Origin: an uncultured Alphaproteobacteria bacterium
GTDB taxonomy: Bacteria > Pseudomonadota > Alphaproteobacteria > UBA2966 > CAIVPW01
NCBI GenBank assembly: GCA_903907895.1
Contig: CAIVPW010000075.1
Coordinates: forward strand, 1 to 55,258
Length of the DNA stretch: 55,258 nt
Direction of reading: 5' to 3'
Within the stretch, counting starts at the first letter, position 1. Every line of letters begins with the position of its first letter. Of this stretch, positions 36,823 to 47,959 are shown in pieces. The position numbers and the translations under genes are program-made. A model generated the notes under the pieces. The model made no database searches and had not been told where the DNA came from. It saw only the letters and a list, made by a program, of their open reading frames with translations.

Positions 36823-39780
36823 TCAACGAGTGTGCGTTTCGGGGGGCGGCACATTGGCCGCCGGAGCCTCGATCATCTCCTGAAATCGTTCGTAGACCCA
36901 GGCCTCGGTTTTCTCAAGTTCAGCCTTGAGCTGGGCTGTGGATAACGTTCCCGATGCTTTGGCAACGCCGCGCAGCAGCGCCTCAGGCGTGTCGGCGGTG
37001 GCGGTTTCGCCCTCGATGGTTGCGCGCAGAACCGATTGCACGTTGCGCAAGAACAGGGTTGCCCGTGCCAGCCTGCCGGCAAGATCGGGAGCGATGGTGC
37101 CCGCCGCCGCGATCGCCTGGAACGCGGCCGCGGTGTCGCCGTTCAAGATGCCGGGATGGGCCGCAGCCGATGCCAACTGCAAGTACTGCGCGAGAAACTC
37201 GAGATCGAGCGTCCCGCCGCGCACGTATTTGATGTCGAGCGGATTGCGCGTGCCGCGCTGCGCCGTGACCTTGGCGCGCAGATCCGCCACATCGAACAGC
37301 AGGCCGTTGCGATCCACCGCACGCGCAAGCAGCGCGCGGATGCCGTCGCCTGCGCGCGCGAGAAGCGCGGTTGCGCCGGCGATGCCCCGCGCTCGGGTGA
37401 GCGCCATGCGCTCGAAGGTCCACGCCTCCTCGCGCTCGTACTTCAAGAATCCGTCGATACTCACCGCCAGCTGGCCCTGGATGCCTGATGGCCGCAGGCG
37501 CGCGTCCACCTCGTAGAGGCGGCCGCGCGCGGTCGGTGCGCTGAGCGCAGTGATCAGGCGCTGGCTGAGGCGCACGTAGTAGGCGGCCGCCGGCAACTTG
37601 CTGCGGCCATCCGAAATTGCATCTGCGGGCGCGTCGTACAGGAAGATGACGTCAAGATCGGATGCAGCGGTCATCTCGCGGGCGCCGAATTTCCCCATGC
37701 CCAGAATGCCGAACGAGCCGCCCTGCACCTTGCCGTGCTGGCGCGCGAACTCGCCCTCGGTGCGCTCCAGCAACGCCTGCACCAGCACCTCCGCGAGGTC
37801 GGTGAACATCCAGCCGGCGCGGCGGGCGTCGGCACCGCCGCGCATCACCTGTACGCCGACCTGGAACTTGCGCTCGTTGGCGAAGGTGCGGGCAAGGTCG
37901 AGCACGTCTTCGTAGCTGTTGGCACTCTCGAGCAGGGTTTCGAACTCGGCGCGCAGAACTTCCCTGGCGGGCAGGGGACGGAAGAATTGCGGGTACAACA
38001 CTGCGTCGAGGATGCTGGGCCGTTGCGCCAGCATCTCGGCAAGACGCGGCGCGCCTCCCATGATCTCCGCCAGCAGGTCGAGCAACTCCGTGTGCGAGCG
38101 CAGCAGCGAGAACAACTGCACGCCCGCCGGCAGGCGCGACAGGAATGCATCGAAGCGCAGGAAGGCGTAGTCCGCGTTCGGCGTGCTGCCGAATGCCTTC
38201 AGCAGGTGCGGCATCAGCTCGGTCAACAGCTCGCGCGCCCGTTCGGTGCGGGTGGCACCGTATCGGCCGTGGTGCCAGATACGAATGATCTCGGCCGCCT
38301 TGGAAGGCTCCTGGAAGCCGAGCGAGGACAACGTCTTCAGCGTGTCGGGATCGTCCTCGACGCCCGTGAACACCAGGCTGCCACCCACCGACAGCTGCGG
38401 CGACTTCTCGAACAGGCGGGCCGAGTGCTTGGCGACGGTCTCGAGTTCCCTGCGCACCGCGGCCTCGAAGGTCGTCTCGTCGGCAAAGCCGCAAAAGAGG
38501 GCGGCGCGGCGGAATCCTGCGTCGTCATCGGGCAGGCTATGGGTCTGCGCGTCGTCGATCATCTGCATGCGATGTTCGAGGCGGCGCAGGAACCAGTACG
38601 AATGCGTCAGGTCGCGCGCTGCGCCAGCCGTGGTGCGTCCGGCTGCAGCCAGCGCCGCCAGCGCCTCCGTCGTCCGCCGTCCGCGTAGCGACGGGTCGCG
38701 CCCGCCTGCAATCAGCTGCAGGGTCTGGGCAAAGAACTCGATTTCCCGGATGCCGCCGGCGCCGAGCTTGAGGTTGTGTCCGCGTACGGCGATTTGCCCG
38801 TGGCCCTTCACTGCGTGGATTTGACGCTTGAGCGACTGGATGTCCTCGATGGCGGCAAAGTCGAGGTGCTTGCGCCACATGTACGGCGTCAGGTGCTTCA
38901 GGAACGTGGCTGCCGCAACCGGATCGCCGGCAACCGCGCGCCCCTTGATCCACGCAGCGCGCTCCCAGTTCTGGCCGACGCTTTCGTAGTACGCTTCTGC
39001 GGCTGCCATCGACATCGCCACCGGCGTTGCGCCCGGGTCGGGGCGCAGGCGCAAGTCCGTGCGGAAGACGTAGCCGTCCTCCGTCCGCTCGGCGAGGATG
39101 CGCACAAGACTCCGGGTCATCCGCACGAAGGTGTCCTCGGCGGTGTATTCGCCGAGCGGGCGCACACGATCGCCATCCCACAGGACGATCAGGTCGACGT
39201 CGCTGGAATAGTTGAGCTCGCCGGCACCGAGCTTCCCCATCCCGAACACCATCAGCCCACTTTCCTCGGCCGGGCGTTCTTCGATCCGCCCGTCGTGTGC
39301 CGCCTGGCGCAACAGGAACCGCACGGCGGCCGAGATCGCCGCGTCCGCGAACTGCGATAGCGCCGCGGTCACCTCTGGCTCGGCCCATGTCTCAGCGACA
39401 TCGGCGAGGCCGATGGTCAGCGCCGCCGACCAGCGTTGCGCACGCAGGGCATGCATCAGGCTGGGCTGTGAGTCGCTATCGGCTGCCGCGGCGGTCGCCT
39501 GCTGAATGCGGTCGAGGCAGGCGCGGGGGCCCTCGCTCCAAAAGCTCTCGACGATCGCCGGGGCCCGCACCGCGGCGTGGCTCAGAAAAGGGCTATTGCC
39601 CCCAATCGCCCGCAGCAGCGTTCGGCCCGCGGGATCGTTGAGGACGGAGCGCAAGGCAGCGACCCCTCCGAGATCGTCGATCAGGCGGTCTGCCGCGGCC
39701 GCGTCGGCGGGCTGCGGCAACGTGTCGGGCGTGGGGACCGGTAGGGGCATCCGAAGGGGCAGGCTAGCGGCCCCAACCAT
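36823..39780 (-). CDS. glnE: Bifunctional glutamine synthetase adenylyltransferase/adenylyl-removing enzyme
   Basis: 985 aa with two nucleotidyltransferase modules (GKLGAGELNYSSDVDLIVL and GMGKFGAREMTAASDLDVIFLY). An alternative ATG lies at 39750. Confidence 0.95.
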   Translation of the reverse strand: MVGAASLPLRMPLPVPTPDTLPQPADAAAADRLIDDLGGVAALRSVLNDPAGRTLLRAIGGNSPFLSHAAVRAPAIVESFWSEGPRACLDRIQQATAAAADSDSQPSLMHALRAQRWSAALTIGLADVAETWAEPEVTAALSQFADAAISAAVRFLLRQAAHDGRIEERPAEESGLMVFGMGKLGAGELNYSSDVDLIVLWDGDRVRPLGEYTAEDTFVRMTRSLVRILAERTEDGYVFRTDLRLRPDPGATPVAMSMAAAEAYYESVGQNWERAAWIKGRAVAGDPVAAATFLKHLTPYMWRKHLDFAAIEDIQSLKRQIHAVKGHGQIAVRGHNLKLGAGGIREIEFFAQTLQLIAGGRDPSLRGRRTTEALAALAAAGRTTAGAARDLTHSYWFLRRLEHRMQMIDDAQTHSLPDDDAGFRRAALFCGFADETTFEAAVRRELETVAKHSARLFEKSPQLSVGGSLVFTGVEDDPDTLKTLSSLGFQEPSKAAEIIRIWHHGRYGATRTERARELLTELMPHLLKAFGSTPNADYAFLRFDAFLSRLPAGVQLFSLLRSHTELLDLLAEIMGGAPRLAEMLAQRPSILDAVLYPQFFRPLPAREVLRAEFETLLESANSYEDVLDLARTFANERKFQVGVQVMRGGADARRAGWMFTDLAEVLVQALLERTEGEFARQHGKVQGGSFGILGMGKFGAREMTAASDLDVIFLYDAPADAISDGRSKLPAAAYYVRLSQRLITALSAPTARGRLYEVDARLRPSGIQGQLAVSIDGFLKYEREEAWTFERMALTRARGIAGATALLARAGDGIRALLARAVDRNGLLFDVADLRAKVTAQRGTRNPLDIKYVRGGTLDLEFLAQYLQLASAAAHPGILNGDTAAAFQAIAAAGTIAPDLAGRLARATLFLRNVQSVLRATIEGETATADTPEALLRGVAKASGTLSTAQLKAELEKTEAWVYERFQEMIEAPAANVPPPETHTR

Positions 39781-39845
39781 TTGCGGCGAACCGTTTTTCT
39801 CCCTATCGGTGACCTCCGGCGCAGCAGGGCGCCTCTCGCCCCAGC

Positions 39846-42800
39846 ATGGTAAGAGAGGCGGATGATGGGGATTCCCGCTTGAAACGGACGCACCGGTTCA
39901 TCTTCCGGCTGCTCACGGCCCTAGGGGCCGGCGCCGTCGTGGTGGCGGCGGCGGCCCTGTGGCTGATTGCCAGCGGGCCTGTTTCGCTGACGTTCCTGAA
40001 ACCCTACTTCGAGGACGCCCTCGTGCTGGGCGGGAGCGGCTACCGCGTCGCCCTGGGCGACACCCAACTGGCGTGGGGTGGCTGGCAGCGCACCATCGAC
40101 CTGCGCGCGCTCGACGTACGCGTATTAGGCCCCGACGGCGAATTGGTCGCTCAGGCGCCCGAGATCTCCGTGACGCTGTCGGCCAAGGCGCTCCTAAGCG
40201 GCACGCTTGCGCCAACGGCCATCGATCTGATCCGGCCGGACCTGCACCTCGTGCGCAACGAGGACGGCCGCTTTGCCTTGGGCGCGGCGCGAGCGCAGGC
40301 CGCCCCCGGCGAGTCGATGCTGACCGTGTTGCTCGGCGGCCTGAATACGCCGCCGCGCGAAGGCAGCGCCCTGTCGTACCTCACCTCCATCGGCATCGCC
40401 GAAGGAACGGCATGGATCGAGGACCGCACTACCGGCGCGCAGTGGTTCGCGCCCATGCTCAACGCCAGCATGTCGCGCCGCGTCAACGGCGTCAGCGCCG
40501 ACCTCGACCTGGTTCTCGCGCTGGATACCGGTGCCGTGGTGTTCACGGCGACGGCAGACTACCTCGCGGTACCGGGCTTGCTGACCGTTGCCGCGTCGTT
40601 CGACGATCTGCCGCCCGGCACGCTGCTGACCATGGCCGGGAACATGCCGCCAGGGGTGATGGTGGATGGCCGCGTTGATGGCAACGTGGCGGCGCTCATC
40701 AACCGCGACGGCTCGCTTGCGCGCATCGATTTCGATTTCGCGGCGGGGCCAAGCGTGATCGACGCGCCCATGCTGTGGACGTCTCCCATCGGCTTCGACA
40801 GCCTTGCCATGCGCGGCACGGTGCTCGACGGCCTGCGCACCGTGCGGATCAGCGATTTCTTTGCGACGCAGTCGGGTGCGAGCGCTGAGGCGTCTGGCCT
40901 GTTCACCTTCGATCCTGCCGGATTGGGCTTCGTTGTGGACGTCGCGTGGACCAGCGTCCCGGCAGACCGCCTGGACGCCATGTGGCCGATCACCCTCGCG
41001 CCCAGCAGCCGGGAATGGGTCGTGAGCAACGTGCAGAGCGGCATGTCCGACACCGGCACGTTGCACATGCGGGTGCTGCCTGGCGAGTTGCACCAGATGC
41101 CGCACAAAGGCGAGGTGGACCTGCGCTTCGCCTTCAGCCGCGGGGTGTCAACGTACCTCCCGGGCCAGCCGCCACTTCAGGAAGTGAAGGGCGAAGGGCA
41201 CCTGACGCTGCGGGCGTTCGATCTCACCGTCGAGTCCGCCCGCGTCGGCACGCTCGCGCTGCGCGAGGGCGCTGTGCACATCGATGGCATCGATTCGCCC
41301 ATTCCGTCGATGGTCATCGAGTTTGTCGCCAGCGGTACGACGGCCGAGGGCCTCCGCATCCTGGCGCTGCCTCCGTTGCACGTTCCGGTTCCGCAGGGCT
41401 ACGGCGGCGCCATGGCCGCGCGCACCCAGATCGCCATGCCGATCAAGGACGGCCTGACGGCCCAAGACATCAAGTACGCCGCGGCGGTGAACCTGCGCGA
41501 TCTCAACATTCCTCTCGTCATGGACCGGCTGGCGCTGACCGGTGGCACCGTCTCGCTGCGCGCCGATGCCAACGGCGTCGAGGCCCAGGGAACAATGTCG
41601 GTGAACGGCGCGCCGATGCAGGTGGACTTCCGCTATCCGCTGCGCAACGCGGGTCCGGCGGTGGACCTGCCGGCCGTTGTTACCGCGCGTGGGGTGGTGG
41701 GCAACGACGTTCGCCGCCGGCTCGGCGTGGATGCGGGCGAACTGTTGCAGGGCCCGGTTGCCCTGACCGCGCGTGTCGAGTTCGACTGGCAGATGGCATT
41801 CCAGTCCGCCACGTTCGACGCCGATCTGCGCACAGCACGCATGGACCTGCCGGGTGCCGGCTGGGACAAGGCCGTGAATACCGCCGGGCAGGCGCATTTC
41901 GCTGTTCGCCCGGCCGCCGACGGCGCGGTTCAGATTGCCGACGTTGCGGTCCAGACCCCCGCCTGGAACGGCACCGGCAACGCCATCTACGCGCCTGCAT
42001 CGCGTCAGGCCACCGGCTCCCTGACTCTGAACGGCTACGACGTCGGGTTCCGCTGGCGCGGTGCAGCGGATGGAATGGGACTTCTTTCCGCCGTGGTGCA
42101 GGCCGACGACAAGATGTTGGCCGAGTTCGGCTATCCCGTCGCGCCCTGGGTTACGGGCCCGATGCCGATGGCGCTGGAGTTGCGCACGGACGGAGTGGTT
42201 GCCGCCGATCTGCAGGTCGCGGCAAACCTGCGCGACGCGGCGGTGCGGGCTCCGCTCTACACCAAGGAGCCCGGCGCCGAAGCGACGGCCAACCTCGGCT
42301 TCGGACAGAGCGGCGGTGCGTTCGCCCTGCGGACATTCGCCATCGCAGCGCCCGGCTTTTCGACACAAGGCACGTTCGTCGGCGCGGCCGACGGCGGCTG
42401 GCAACGCATCGACCTAGCGGCGTTCGTGTTGGGTGAAACCGACACAGCGGCATCGATTGAGCGCCGCCTGGGTGGCTTCGCCATCGAAGCGAATGGAAAG
42501 ACGCTCGACGTGCGCCCCTTCCTGACGGGTGCCTCCGTAAGTCCTGCCACGCAAGCGCTGCCGGCGATCGAATTCTCCGGGCACTTCGATCGCGTGCAGA
42601 TTGCCGATGGCCGCTGGATGAACGACATGACGGCGTCCGCGTTGTACGACAGCGGGGCGTGGCGCCGCGTCAACGCCGGCGCGCGGCTGCCCAACGGTTC
42701 CTCGGTGACGATGGAACTCGCCGATGCGCCCGAGGGGCAGGACGTCACCATCCGCTCCGCCGATGCCGGCGAGTTCTTCTCCGCCATGGGCCTGTTCCAA

Positions 42801-43313
42801 GGCGCGACCGGAGGTACGGCGGAAATCAACGGGAAGTTGCGCGACGAGGGCGGGCGCTCGTTGGCGGGCACTGTGCGCGCAGAAAATTTCCGCATCGCAC
42901 GTGCCCCGGCACTCGCACAGCTGCTCGCGGTTGCGTCCCTCACCGGGACGCTCGACACGCTGCAGGGGCAGGGGATTTCCTTCTCGACGTTTGAAGCTCC
43001 GTTCCGCATCAACGCCAACACCTTGACGCTGCACGGATCACGCGCCGTCGGGCAGGCGTTGTGCATCACGGTTGAGGGAGAGTGGAGCCGCGCCGCCGAC
43101 CAGTTGAATCTCGGCGGCGTAATCGTGCCGGTCTGCCCCGTCAACCGCCTGCTCGGCGACATTCCGCTGCTCGGCGATTTGATCGTCGGCGAAGGCTTCG
43201 GCGCAACCAACTACCGGGTGACGGGATCCGTGTCGGCGCCTTCCATCGTCGTCAACCCGCTGTCCACCATCACGCCGGGCTTCCTGCGCGGCCTGCTGTT
43301 CGGCAACCGCTAA
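39846..43313 (+). CDS. AsmA-family / YhdP-like (DUF3971-type) large envelope protein
   Basis: 1155 aa with an N-terminal anchor ([21 protein letters not shown]) and a long beta-rich Gly/Ala/Val/Thr body. The C-terminal segment [31 protein letters not shown] is typical of AsmA-like C-termini. Confidence 0.75.
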   Translation: MVREADDGDSRLKRTHRFIFRLLTALGAGAVVVAAAALWLIASGPVSLTFLKPYFEDALVLGGSGYRVALGDTQLAWGGWQRTIDLRALDVRVLGPDGELVAQAPEISVTLSAKALLSGTLAPTAIDLIRPDLHLVRNEDGRFALGAARAQAAPGESMLTVLLGGLNTPPREGSALSYLTSIGIAEGTAWIEDRTTGAQWFAPMLNASMSRRVNGVSADLDLVLALDTGAVVFTATADYLAVPGLLTVAASFDDLPPGTLLTMAGNMPPGVMVDGRVDGNVAALINRDGSLARIDFDFAAGPSVIDAPMLWTSPIGFDSLAMRGTVLDGLRTVRISDFFATQSGASAEASGLFTFDPAGLGFVVDVAWTSVPADRLDAMWPITLAPSSREWVVSNVQSGMSDTGTLHMRVLPGELHQMPHKGEVDLRFAFSRGVSTYLPGQPPLQEVKGEGHLTLRAFDLTVESARVGTLALREGAVHIDGIDSPIPSMVIEFVASGTTAEGLRILALPPLHVPVPQGYGGAMAARTQIAMPIKDGLTAQDIKYAAAVNLRDLNIPLVMDRLALTGGTVSLRADANGVEAQGTMSVNGAPMQVDFRYPLRNAGPAVDLPAVVTARGVVGNDVRRRLGVDAGELLQGPVALTARVEFDWQMAFQSATFDADLRTARMDLPGAGWDKAVNTAGQAHFAVRPAADGAVQIADVAVQTPAWNGTGNAIYAPASRQATGSLTLNGYDVGFRWRGAADGMGLLSAVVQADDKMLAEFGYPVAPWVTGPMPMALELRTDGVVAADLQVAANLRDAAVRAPLYTKEPGAEATANLGFGQSGGAFALRTFAIAAPGFSTQGTFVGAADGGWQRIDLAAFVLGETDTAASIERRLGGFAIEANGKTLDVRPFLTGASVSPATQALPAIEFSGHFDRVQIADGRWMNDMTASALYDSGAWRRVNAGARLPNGSSVTMELADAPEGQDVTIRSADAGEFFSAMGLFQGATGGTAEINGKLRDEGGRSLAGTVRAENFRIARAPALAQLLAVASLTGTLDTLQGQGISFSTFEAPFRINANTLTLHGSRAVGQALCITVEGEWSRAADQLNLGGVIVPVCPVNRLLGDIPLLGDLIVGEGFGATNYRVTGSVSAPSIVVNPLSTITPGFLRGLLFGNR

Positions 43314-44563
43314 GTCGTCGGCACGCCGAGCGCGTGTCGCTTTTTGCCGAGCGACAGCTTGATGCGGCCATCGCCGTTGAGGTCGGCGGCGTTGATCGAG
43401 CGCCCTTCGTCGGACAGCACCTGATCGTTCAGCTTCACGCCGCCGCCGCGGATCAGCTTGCGCGCCTCGCCCTTGGAAGCGACGAGGCCTGAGTTGAACA
43501 CCAGCTCGAACGCCGGGATGCCGGCCGAGAGTGCGCCGCGTTCGATCGTGAAGGTCGGCAGGCCTTCGCCCGCCTCACCCTGCTCGAACGTGCGCTTTGC
43601 GGTCTGCTCGGCGGCCTGGGCCGCATCGGCGCCGTGATTCATGCGCGTCGCTTCGTTGGCGAGCACGACCTTGGCGTCGTTCAGTTCCTGGCCTTCGAGC
43701 TTCTCGAGGCGTTGGATTTCGTCCAGCGGCAGTTCGGTGAACAAGCGCAGGAAGCGGCCGACGTCGGCGTCGTGGGTGTTGCGCCAGTATTGCCAGTAAT
43801 CGTACGGCGGCAGCTTGTCCGCGCTCAGCCACACGGCGCCCGAAGCGGTCTTGCCCATCTTGGCGCCGCTTGCGGTGGTGATGAGCGGCGTCGTCAGGCC
43901 GTACACCTCGCGGCCGTCGACGCGGCGCGCGAGTTCGACGCCGGTGACGATGTTGCCCCACTGGTCCGAGCCGCCCATCTGCAGCGACACACTGTTGCGG
44001 CGCGCGAGCTCGAGGAAGTCGTAGGCCTGCAGCACCATGTAGTTGAATTCGAGGAACGACAGCGGCTGCTCGCGCTCCAGGCGCAGGCGGACGCTGTCCA
44101 TCGACAGCATGCGGTTGACCGAGAAATGCGTGCCGAATTCGCGCAGGAACGGGATGTACTGCAGCTTGTCGAGCCAGTCGGCGTTGTCGACCATCACGGC
44201 GTCGGTCGGGCCGTCACCGAATTTCAGGAACGGCAGGAAGTTCTTCCGGATGCCGGCCTTGTTGCGCTCGATGTCGGCGTCGGTGAGCAGCTTGCGCGCT
44301 TCGTCCTTGCCCGACGGGTCGCCGATCTTGGTGGTGCCGCCGCCGACCAGCACGATGGGCTTGTGCCCGGCCTGCTGCAGCCGGCGCAGCAGCATGATCG
44401 GTACCAGGCTGCCGACGTGGAGCGAGTCGGCCGTGCAGTCGAAGCCGATGTAGCCGTTGATGCGGCCTGCCGCGGCCTTCGCGTCGAGCGCGTCGCGGTC
44501 GGTGGCCTGGTGGATGTACTGCCGCTCCTCCAGCACCCGGAGGAGGTCGGAGCGCGCGGTCAT
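43310..44563 (-). CDS. tyrS: Tyrosine--tRNA ligase
   Basis: HIGH-type [13 protein letters not shown]-type KMGKTASG and a C-terminal S4-like domain. Confidence 0.97.
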   Translation of the reverse strand: MTARSDLLRVLEERQYIHQATDRDALDAKAAAGRINGYIGFDCTADSLHVGSLVPIMLLRRLQQAGHKPIVLVGGGTTKIGDPSGKDEARKLLTDADIERNKAGIRKNFLPFLKFGDGPTDAVMVDNADWLDKLQYIPFLREFGTHFSVNRMLSMDSVRLRLEREQPLSFLEFNYMVLQAYDFLELARRNSVSLQMGGSDQWGNIVTGVELARRVDGREVYGLTTPLITTASGAKMGKTASGAVWLSADKLPPYDYWQYWRNTHDADVGRFLRLFTELPLDEIQRLEKLEGQELNDAKVVLANEATRMNHGADAAQAAEQTAKRTFEQGEAGEGLPTFTIERGALSAGIPAFELVFNSGLVASKGEARKLIRGGGVKLNDQVLSDEGRSINAADLNGDGRIKLSLGKKRHALGVPTT

Positions 44564-44569
44564 CGCGGA

Positions 44570-45223
44570 CTAGCGCGCAGCGGCGGCTTTGACGCCCTGA
44601 TCGGCATAGCGCTCGATCATGGTCGTCAGGTCGTCGAGCTTGCCCTCGAAGAAATGGTCGGCGCCGCTCATGGTCTTGTATTCGACGCCGATTCCGCGCT
44701 GCGCCTTCAGGCGATTGGCGAGCTTCGCGACTTCCGGCTCCGGCACGACCTCATCCGCCGTGCCCTGGATGATCAGGCCCGAGGAAGGGCAGGGTGCCAG
44801 GAAGGTGAAGTCGTAAATGTTGGCGGGCGGCGCCACCGAGATGAACGCGTTGATCTCGGGCCGGCGCATCAGCAGCTGCATGGCAATCCAGGCACCGAAC
44901 GAAAAGCCGGCAACCCAGGTCTGCGACGCGCTCGGGTGATACATCTGCAACCAGTCGAGGGCCGCCGCTGCATCGGCAAGTTCGCCCTGGCCGTTGTCGA
45001 ACGTGCCCTGGCTTTTGCCCACGCCCCGGAAATTGAAGCGCATCACGGCAAAGCCGGAGCGGCCCAAAGCGTGGAAGATATTGTACACAACCTTATTGTT
45101 CATCGTGCCGCCGAACCGCGGATGCGGGTGCATCACCAGGGCGACCGGCGCGGTGGGCGTCGCGGCCTTCTGGTAGCGGGCCTCAATGCGGCCCTCGGGA
45201 CCGTTAATTACGACTTCCGGCAT
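44570..45223 (-). CDS. Alpha/beta hydrolase (COG2945-like)
   Basis: 217 aa with nucleophile elbow GFSFGA. N-terminal pattern GPEGRIEARY ... HPHPRFGGTMNNKVV. Confidence 0.8.
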   Translation of the reverse strand: MPEVVINGPEGRIEARYQKAATPTAPVALVMHPHPRFGGTMNNKVVYNIFHALGRSGFAVMRFNFRGVGKSQGTFDNGQGELADAAAALDWLQMYHPSASQTWVAGFSFGAWIAMQLLMRRPEINAFISVAPPANIYDFTFLAPCPSSGLIIQGTADEVVPEPEVAKLANRLKAQRGIGVEYKTMSGADHFFEGKLDDLTTMIERYADQGVKAAAAR

Positions 45224-45333
45224 GAACTAAACCCCGCGGCCCCTGATCGGGCCACAATCGATTAAACCGACTCTTTAGTTATGTTTGCGGCGCCGTTGCG
45301 GCCGAACTGCCAGCAATTGCGCTGGCCGCAAAC

Positions 45334-45361
45334 TTGACTAACCAAGTCGGAAACCTACAAT
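45334..45361 (+). promoter_or_regulatory. Near-consensus sigma70-type promoter for the cysE-isc operon, overlapping a GACT-N5-AGTC palindrome
   Basis: TTGACT (45334-45339), a 16-nt spacer, then TACAAT (45356-45361), read directly. The palindrome GACTAACCAAGTC sits in the -35/spacer region. Confidence 0.5.
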
Positions 45362-45531
45362 CTTGACGTGATGCTTCCGGCGTCCGGGCGGCGAAACGCT
45401 CTCGGGCCGGCCGGTAGCTGGGCGACACCAAGTGCAAATCCCGTCGCGGGCTGAAACACTTGGCGGCTTATATCATATCTGGGCCTCCGGCTATCAAGCG
45501 GAGGCCGGCAGGGCAGAGCAGGGCAGGCGCG

Positions 45532-46260
45532 GTGGCGTTTGAGACCATACGCAGCGACATCGCTGCGATCTTCGCGCGGGACCCAGCGGTCCGTTCGCTG
45601 GCCGAGGTATGGCTCACATACCCGGGCTTTCACGCCATTCTGTTCCATCGCGTGTCGCATCGGCTGTGGCGCCGCGGCTGGTTCCTGCTGGCCCGCGTCG
45701 TCTCGCACCTTGGCCGCTGGCTCACCGGCATCGAAATTCATCCGGGCGCGACCATCGGCGGCGGCTTCTTCATCGACCACGGCATGGGCGTCGTGATCGG
45801 CGAAACCGCCGAGATCGGCAACAATGTCACCCTCTATCACGGCGTCACCCTGGGCGGCACTTCGCCGGCGGTGAACTCGGCAGCCCAGATCGACACCAAG
45901 CGTCACCCCACGTTGAAGGATGGGGTCATCGTCGGCTCAGGGGCGCAGGTCCTTGGGCCGATTGTCGTTGGCGAGAACGCCCGCGTCGGCGCCAACTCGC
46001 TGGTGCTCAAAGACGTGGCGCCCGGCGCGACGGTGGTCGGCAATCCGGCCCGCGTGCTGAAGACTCGCCGCGACCGCGGCGACGGCCATTTCGAAGCCTA
46101 CGGCACCAGTCGTGACGAGGTGACCGATCCGGTGGCGCGCGTCATCGAAGGTCTTCTTGACCAGATCGACGCCCTCCAGGCACGCGTAACCGGCCTCGAG
46201 GGAAAGCCGGTCCGCCGCGAAGAGCGGGTAGGGGCGCCCAACCGCGCAGACCAAGAATGA
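45532..46260 (+). CDS. cysE: Serine O-acetyltransferase
   Basis: Hexapeptide-repeat core [48 protein letters not shown] at 45532 gives an N-terminus ([18 protein letters not shown]) typical of short CysE proteins. The track start TTG 45460 is the alternative. Confidence 0.85.
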   Translation: MAFETIRSDIAAIFARDPAVRSLAEVWLTYPGFHAILFHRVSHRLWRRGWFLLARVVSHLGRWLTGIEIHPGATIGGGFFIDHGMGVVIGETAEIGNNVTLYHGVTLGGTSPAVNSAAQIDTKRHPTLKDGVIVGSGAQVLGPIVVGENARVGANSLVLKDVAPGATVVGNPARVLKTRRDRGDGHFEAYGTSRDEVTDPVARVIEGLLDQIDALQARVTGLEGKPVRREERVGAPNRADQE

Positions 46261-46273
46261 CGGAGCCGAGCGC

Positions 46274-46768
46274 ATGAAACTCAGTTCTCGCGGCCGCTAC
46301 GCCGTCGTGGCGATGGCGGACCTGGCGATCCACAGCTCGGAACGCCCCGTGTCGCTGGCAGAGATCGCCGAGCGGCAGGAGATTTCGCTGTCGTACCTCG
46401 AGCAGCTGTTCGGCAAGCTGCGCCGCAACCACTTGGTCCGCAGCGTGCGCGGCCCCGGTGGGGGCTACAAGCTGGCGCGCCCCGGCGAGGAAGTCCGCGT
46501 GGCCGACATCGTCGTCGCTGTGGACGAGCCGCTGTCCGCCACGCGCTGCCGCCCCGGCTCGGCCACCGGCTGTCACTCGACGCGCGGCCGATGTCTCACC
46601 CACGACTTGTGGGAAGAACTCGGCAACCAGATTCACCTCTATCTCAGCTCCGTCTCGCTGGCCGACGTCGTAAACCGACGCGTTCTTGGCACCAGCGGGC
46701 TCCTAATGCGTGCCGGCCTCACCCGTGTTGAGCCGCGCAAGCTGCCCGAGCCGACGCCGGCCGAGTAG
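46274..46768 (+). CDS. iscR: Rrf2-family Fe-S cluster regulator IscR
   Basis: MKLSSRGRYAVVAMADLA wHTH and a cluster-ligand region CRPGSATGCHSTRGRCLTH. It lies 13 nt after cysE and 4 nt before the first desulfurase gene. Confidence 0.9.
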   Translation: MKLSSRGRYAVVAMADLAIHSSERPVSLAEIAERQEISLSYLEQLFGKLRRNHLVRSVRGPGGGYKLARPGEEVRVADIVVAVDEPLSATRCRPGSATGCHSTRGRCLTHDLWEELGNQIHLYLSSVSLADVVNRRVLGTSGLLMRAGLTRVEPRKLPEPTPAE

Positions 46769-46772
46769 CCCG

Positions 46773-47939
46773 ATGGACAACCGCCTCGCCTATCTCGACT
46801 ACAACGCGACCACTCCGGTGAAGCCGGATGTGCTGGCGCGCGTGGCCGAGGCGTTGGTGATTGGCGGCAACCCGTCGTCGGTACACCAGGCCGGTCGCCT
46901 TGCCCGCGCTGTCGTCGATCAGGCGCGCGACGCCGTTGCCGACCTCGTCGGTGCCAGCCCCGAGCAAGTCCTTTTCACCAGCGGCGCGACCGAGGCCAAC
47001 ACGCTGGCCATCCGCAGCCTCGCCGCCGGTGCGGCGCGCGCCCAGCGTGTCTGCGCCGCGACCCGCATCCTGATTTCGGCCGTCGAGCACGACTCGGTGG
47101 TCGGCGCCGCCTATGCCGCCGACCTGCCCGTCGAGGAAATCCCGGTCACGGCCGCCGGTGTTGTCGACCTCGCCGCGCTCGAGCGCATGCTCGGCGCCGG
47201 TGGTCCGGCGGTGGTCGTCCTGATGCTCGCCAACAACGAGACCGGCGTGATCCAGCCGGTGGCCGCCGCGGCGGCCCTGGTGCATTCCTTCGGCGGCTGG
47301 CTGCACTGCGATGCGGTGCAGGGCCCCGGCCGTGTGGCTGTCGATTTCGAAGCGCTCGCCGTCGATACGCTGACCCTTTCCAGCCACAAGATGGGCGGGC
47401 CGCAGGGCGTCGGTGCCCTGGTGGTGCGTCATCTGGCACTGGTGTCGCCGCAGTTCGTGGGCGGTGGCCAGGAGCGCGGCCTACGCGCCGGCACCGAGAA
47501 CGTGGCCGGCATCGCGGGTTTCGGTGTGGCGGCGCATCTGAGCGCGAACGATGTCGCGCGCTCTAATGAAATCAATGAGTTGCGGCGCGACCTGGAAGTT
47601 GAATTGCAGAAGATTGCGCCCGATGTCCGGATATTTGGCACATCGGCCGAACGACTGCCCAATACGAGCTGCTTTGCGGTTGCCGGCGTTGCCGCCGAAA
47701 CCCAGGTCATTGCTCTCGACCTCGCCGACGTTGCCGTGAGTGCCGGGGCCGCGTGCTCGTCGGGCAAGGTCCGCACTTCGCGTGCGCTGCGTGCGATGGG
47801 CGTACCCGAGGATACCGCAAGTTGCGCCATCCGGGTCAGCCTCGGCTGGAACACCCGTCGCGCTGATATCGAACGTTTCCTGGGCGCGTGGTCGGAACTG
47901 ATGGACCGCCGCCGCCGTCGCGAGCCCAAAGCCGCCTGA
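46773..47939 (+). CDS. Cysteine desulfurase, NifS-like (second desulfurase of the cluster)
   Basis: ATG 46773. [12 protein letters not shown] lysine [10 protein letters not shown], active-site cysteine SAGAACSSG. Confidence 0.88.
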   Translation: MDNRLAYLDYNATTPVKPDVLARVAEALVIGGNPSSVHQAGRLARAVVDQARDAVADLVGASPEQVLFTSGATEANTLAIRSLAAGAARAQRVCAATRILISAVEHDSVVGAAYAADLPVEEIPVTAAGVVDLAALERMLGAGGPAVVVLMLANNETGVIQPVAAAAALVHSFGGWLHCDAVQGPGRVAVDFEALAVDTLTLSSHKMGGPQGVGALVVRHLALVSPQFVGGGQERGLRAGTENVAGIAGFGVAAHLSANDVARSNEINELRRDLEVELQKIAPDVRIFGTSAERLPNTSCFAVAGVAAETQVIALDLADVAVSAGAACSSGKVRTSRALRAMGVPEDTASCAIRVSLGWNTRRADIERFLGAWSELMDRRRRREPKAA

Positions 47940-47959
47940 CGCATAGCCGCCTGAGGATC

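Noticed and set aside
45261-45283. Second IscR-like half-palindrome ATTAAACCGACTCTTTAGTTATG upstream of the cysE promoter.
   Set aside because: The GACT and AGTT arms are separated by 4 nt rather than 5, and one arm is imperfect. It is probably a chance match in an AT-rich stretch.
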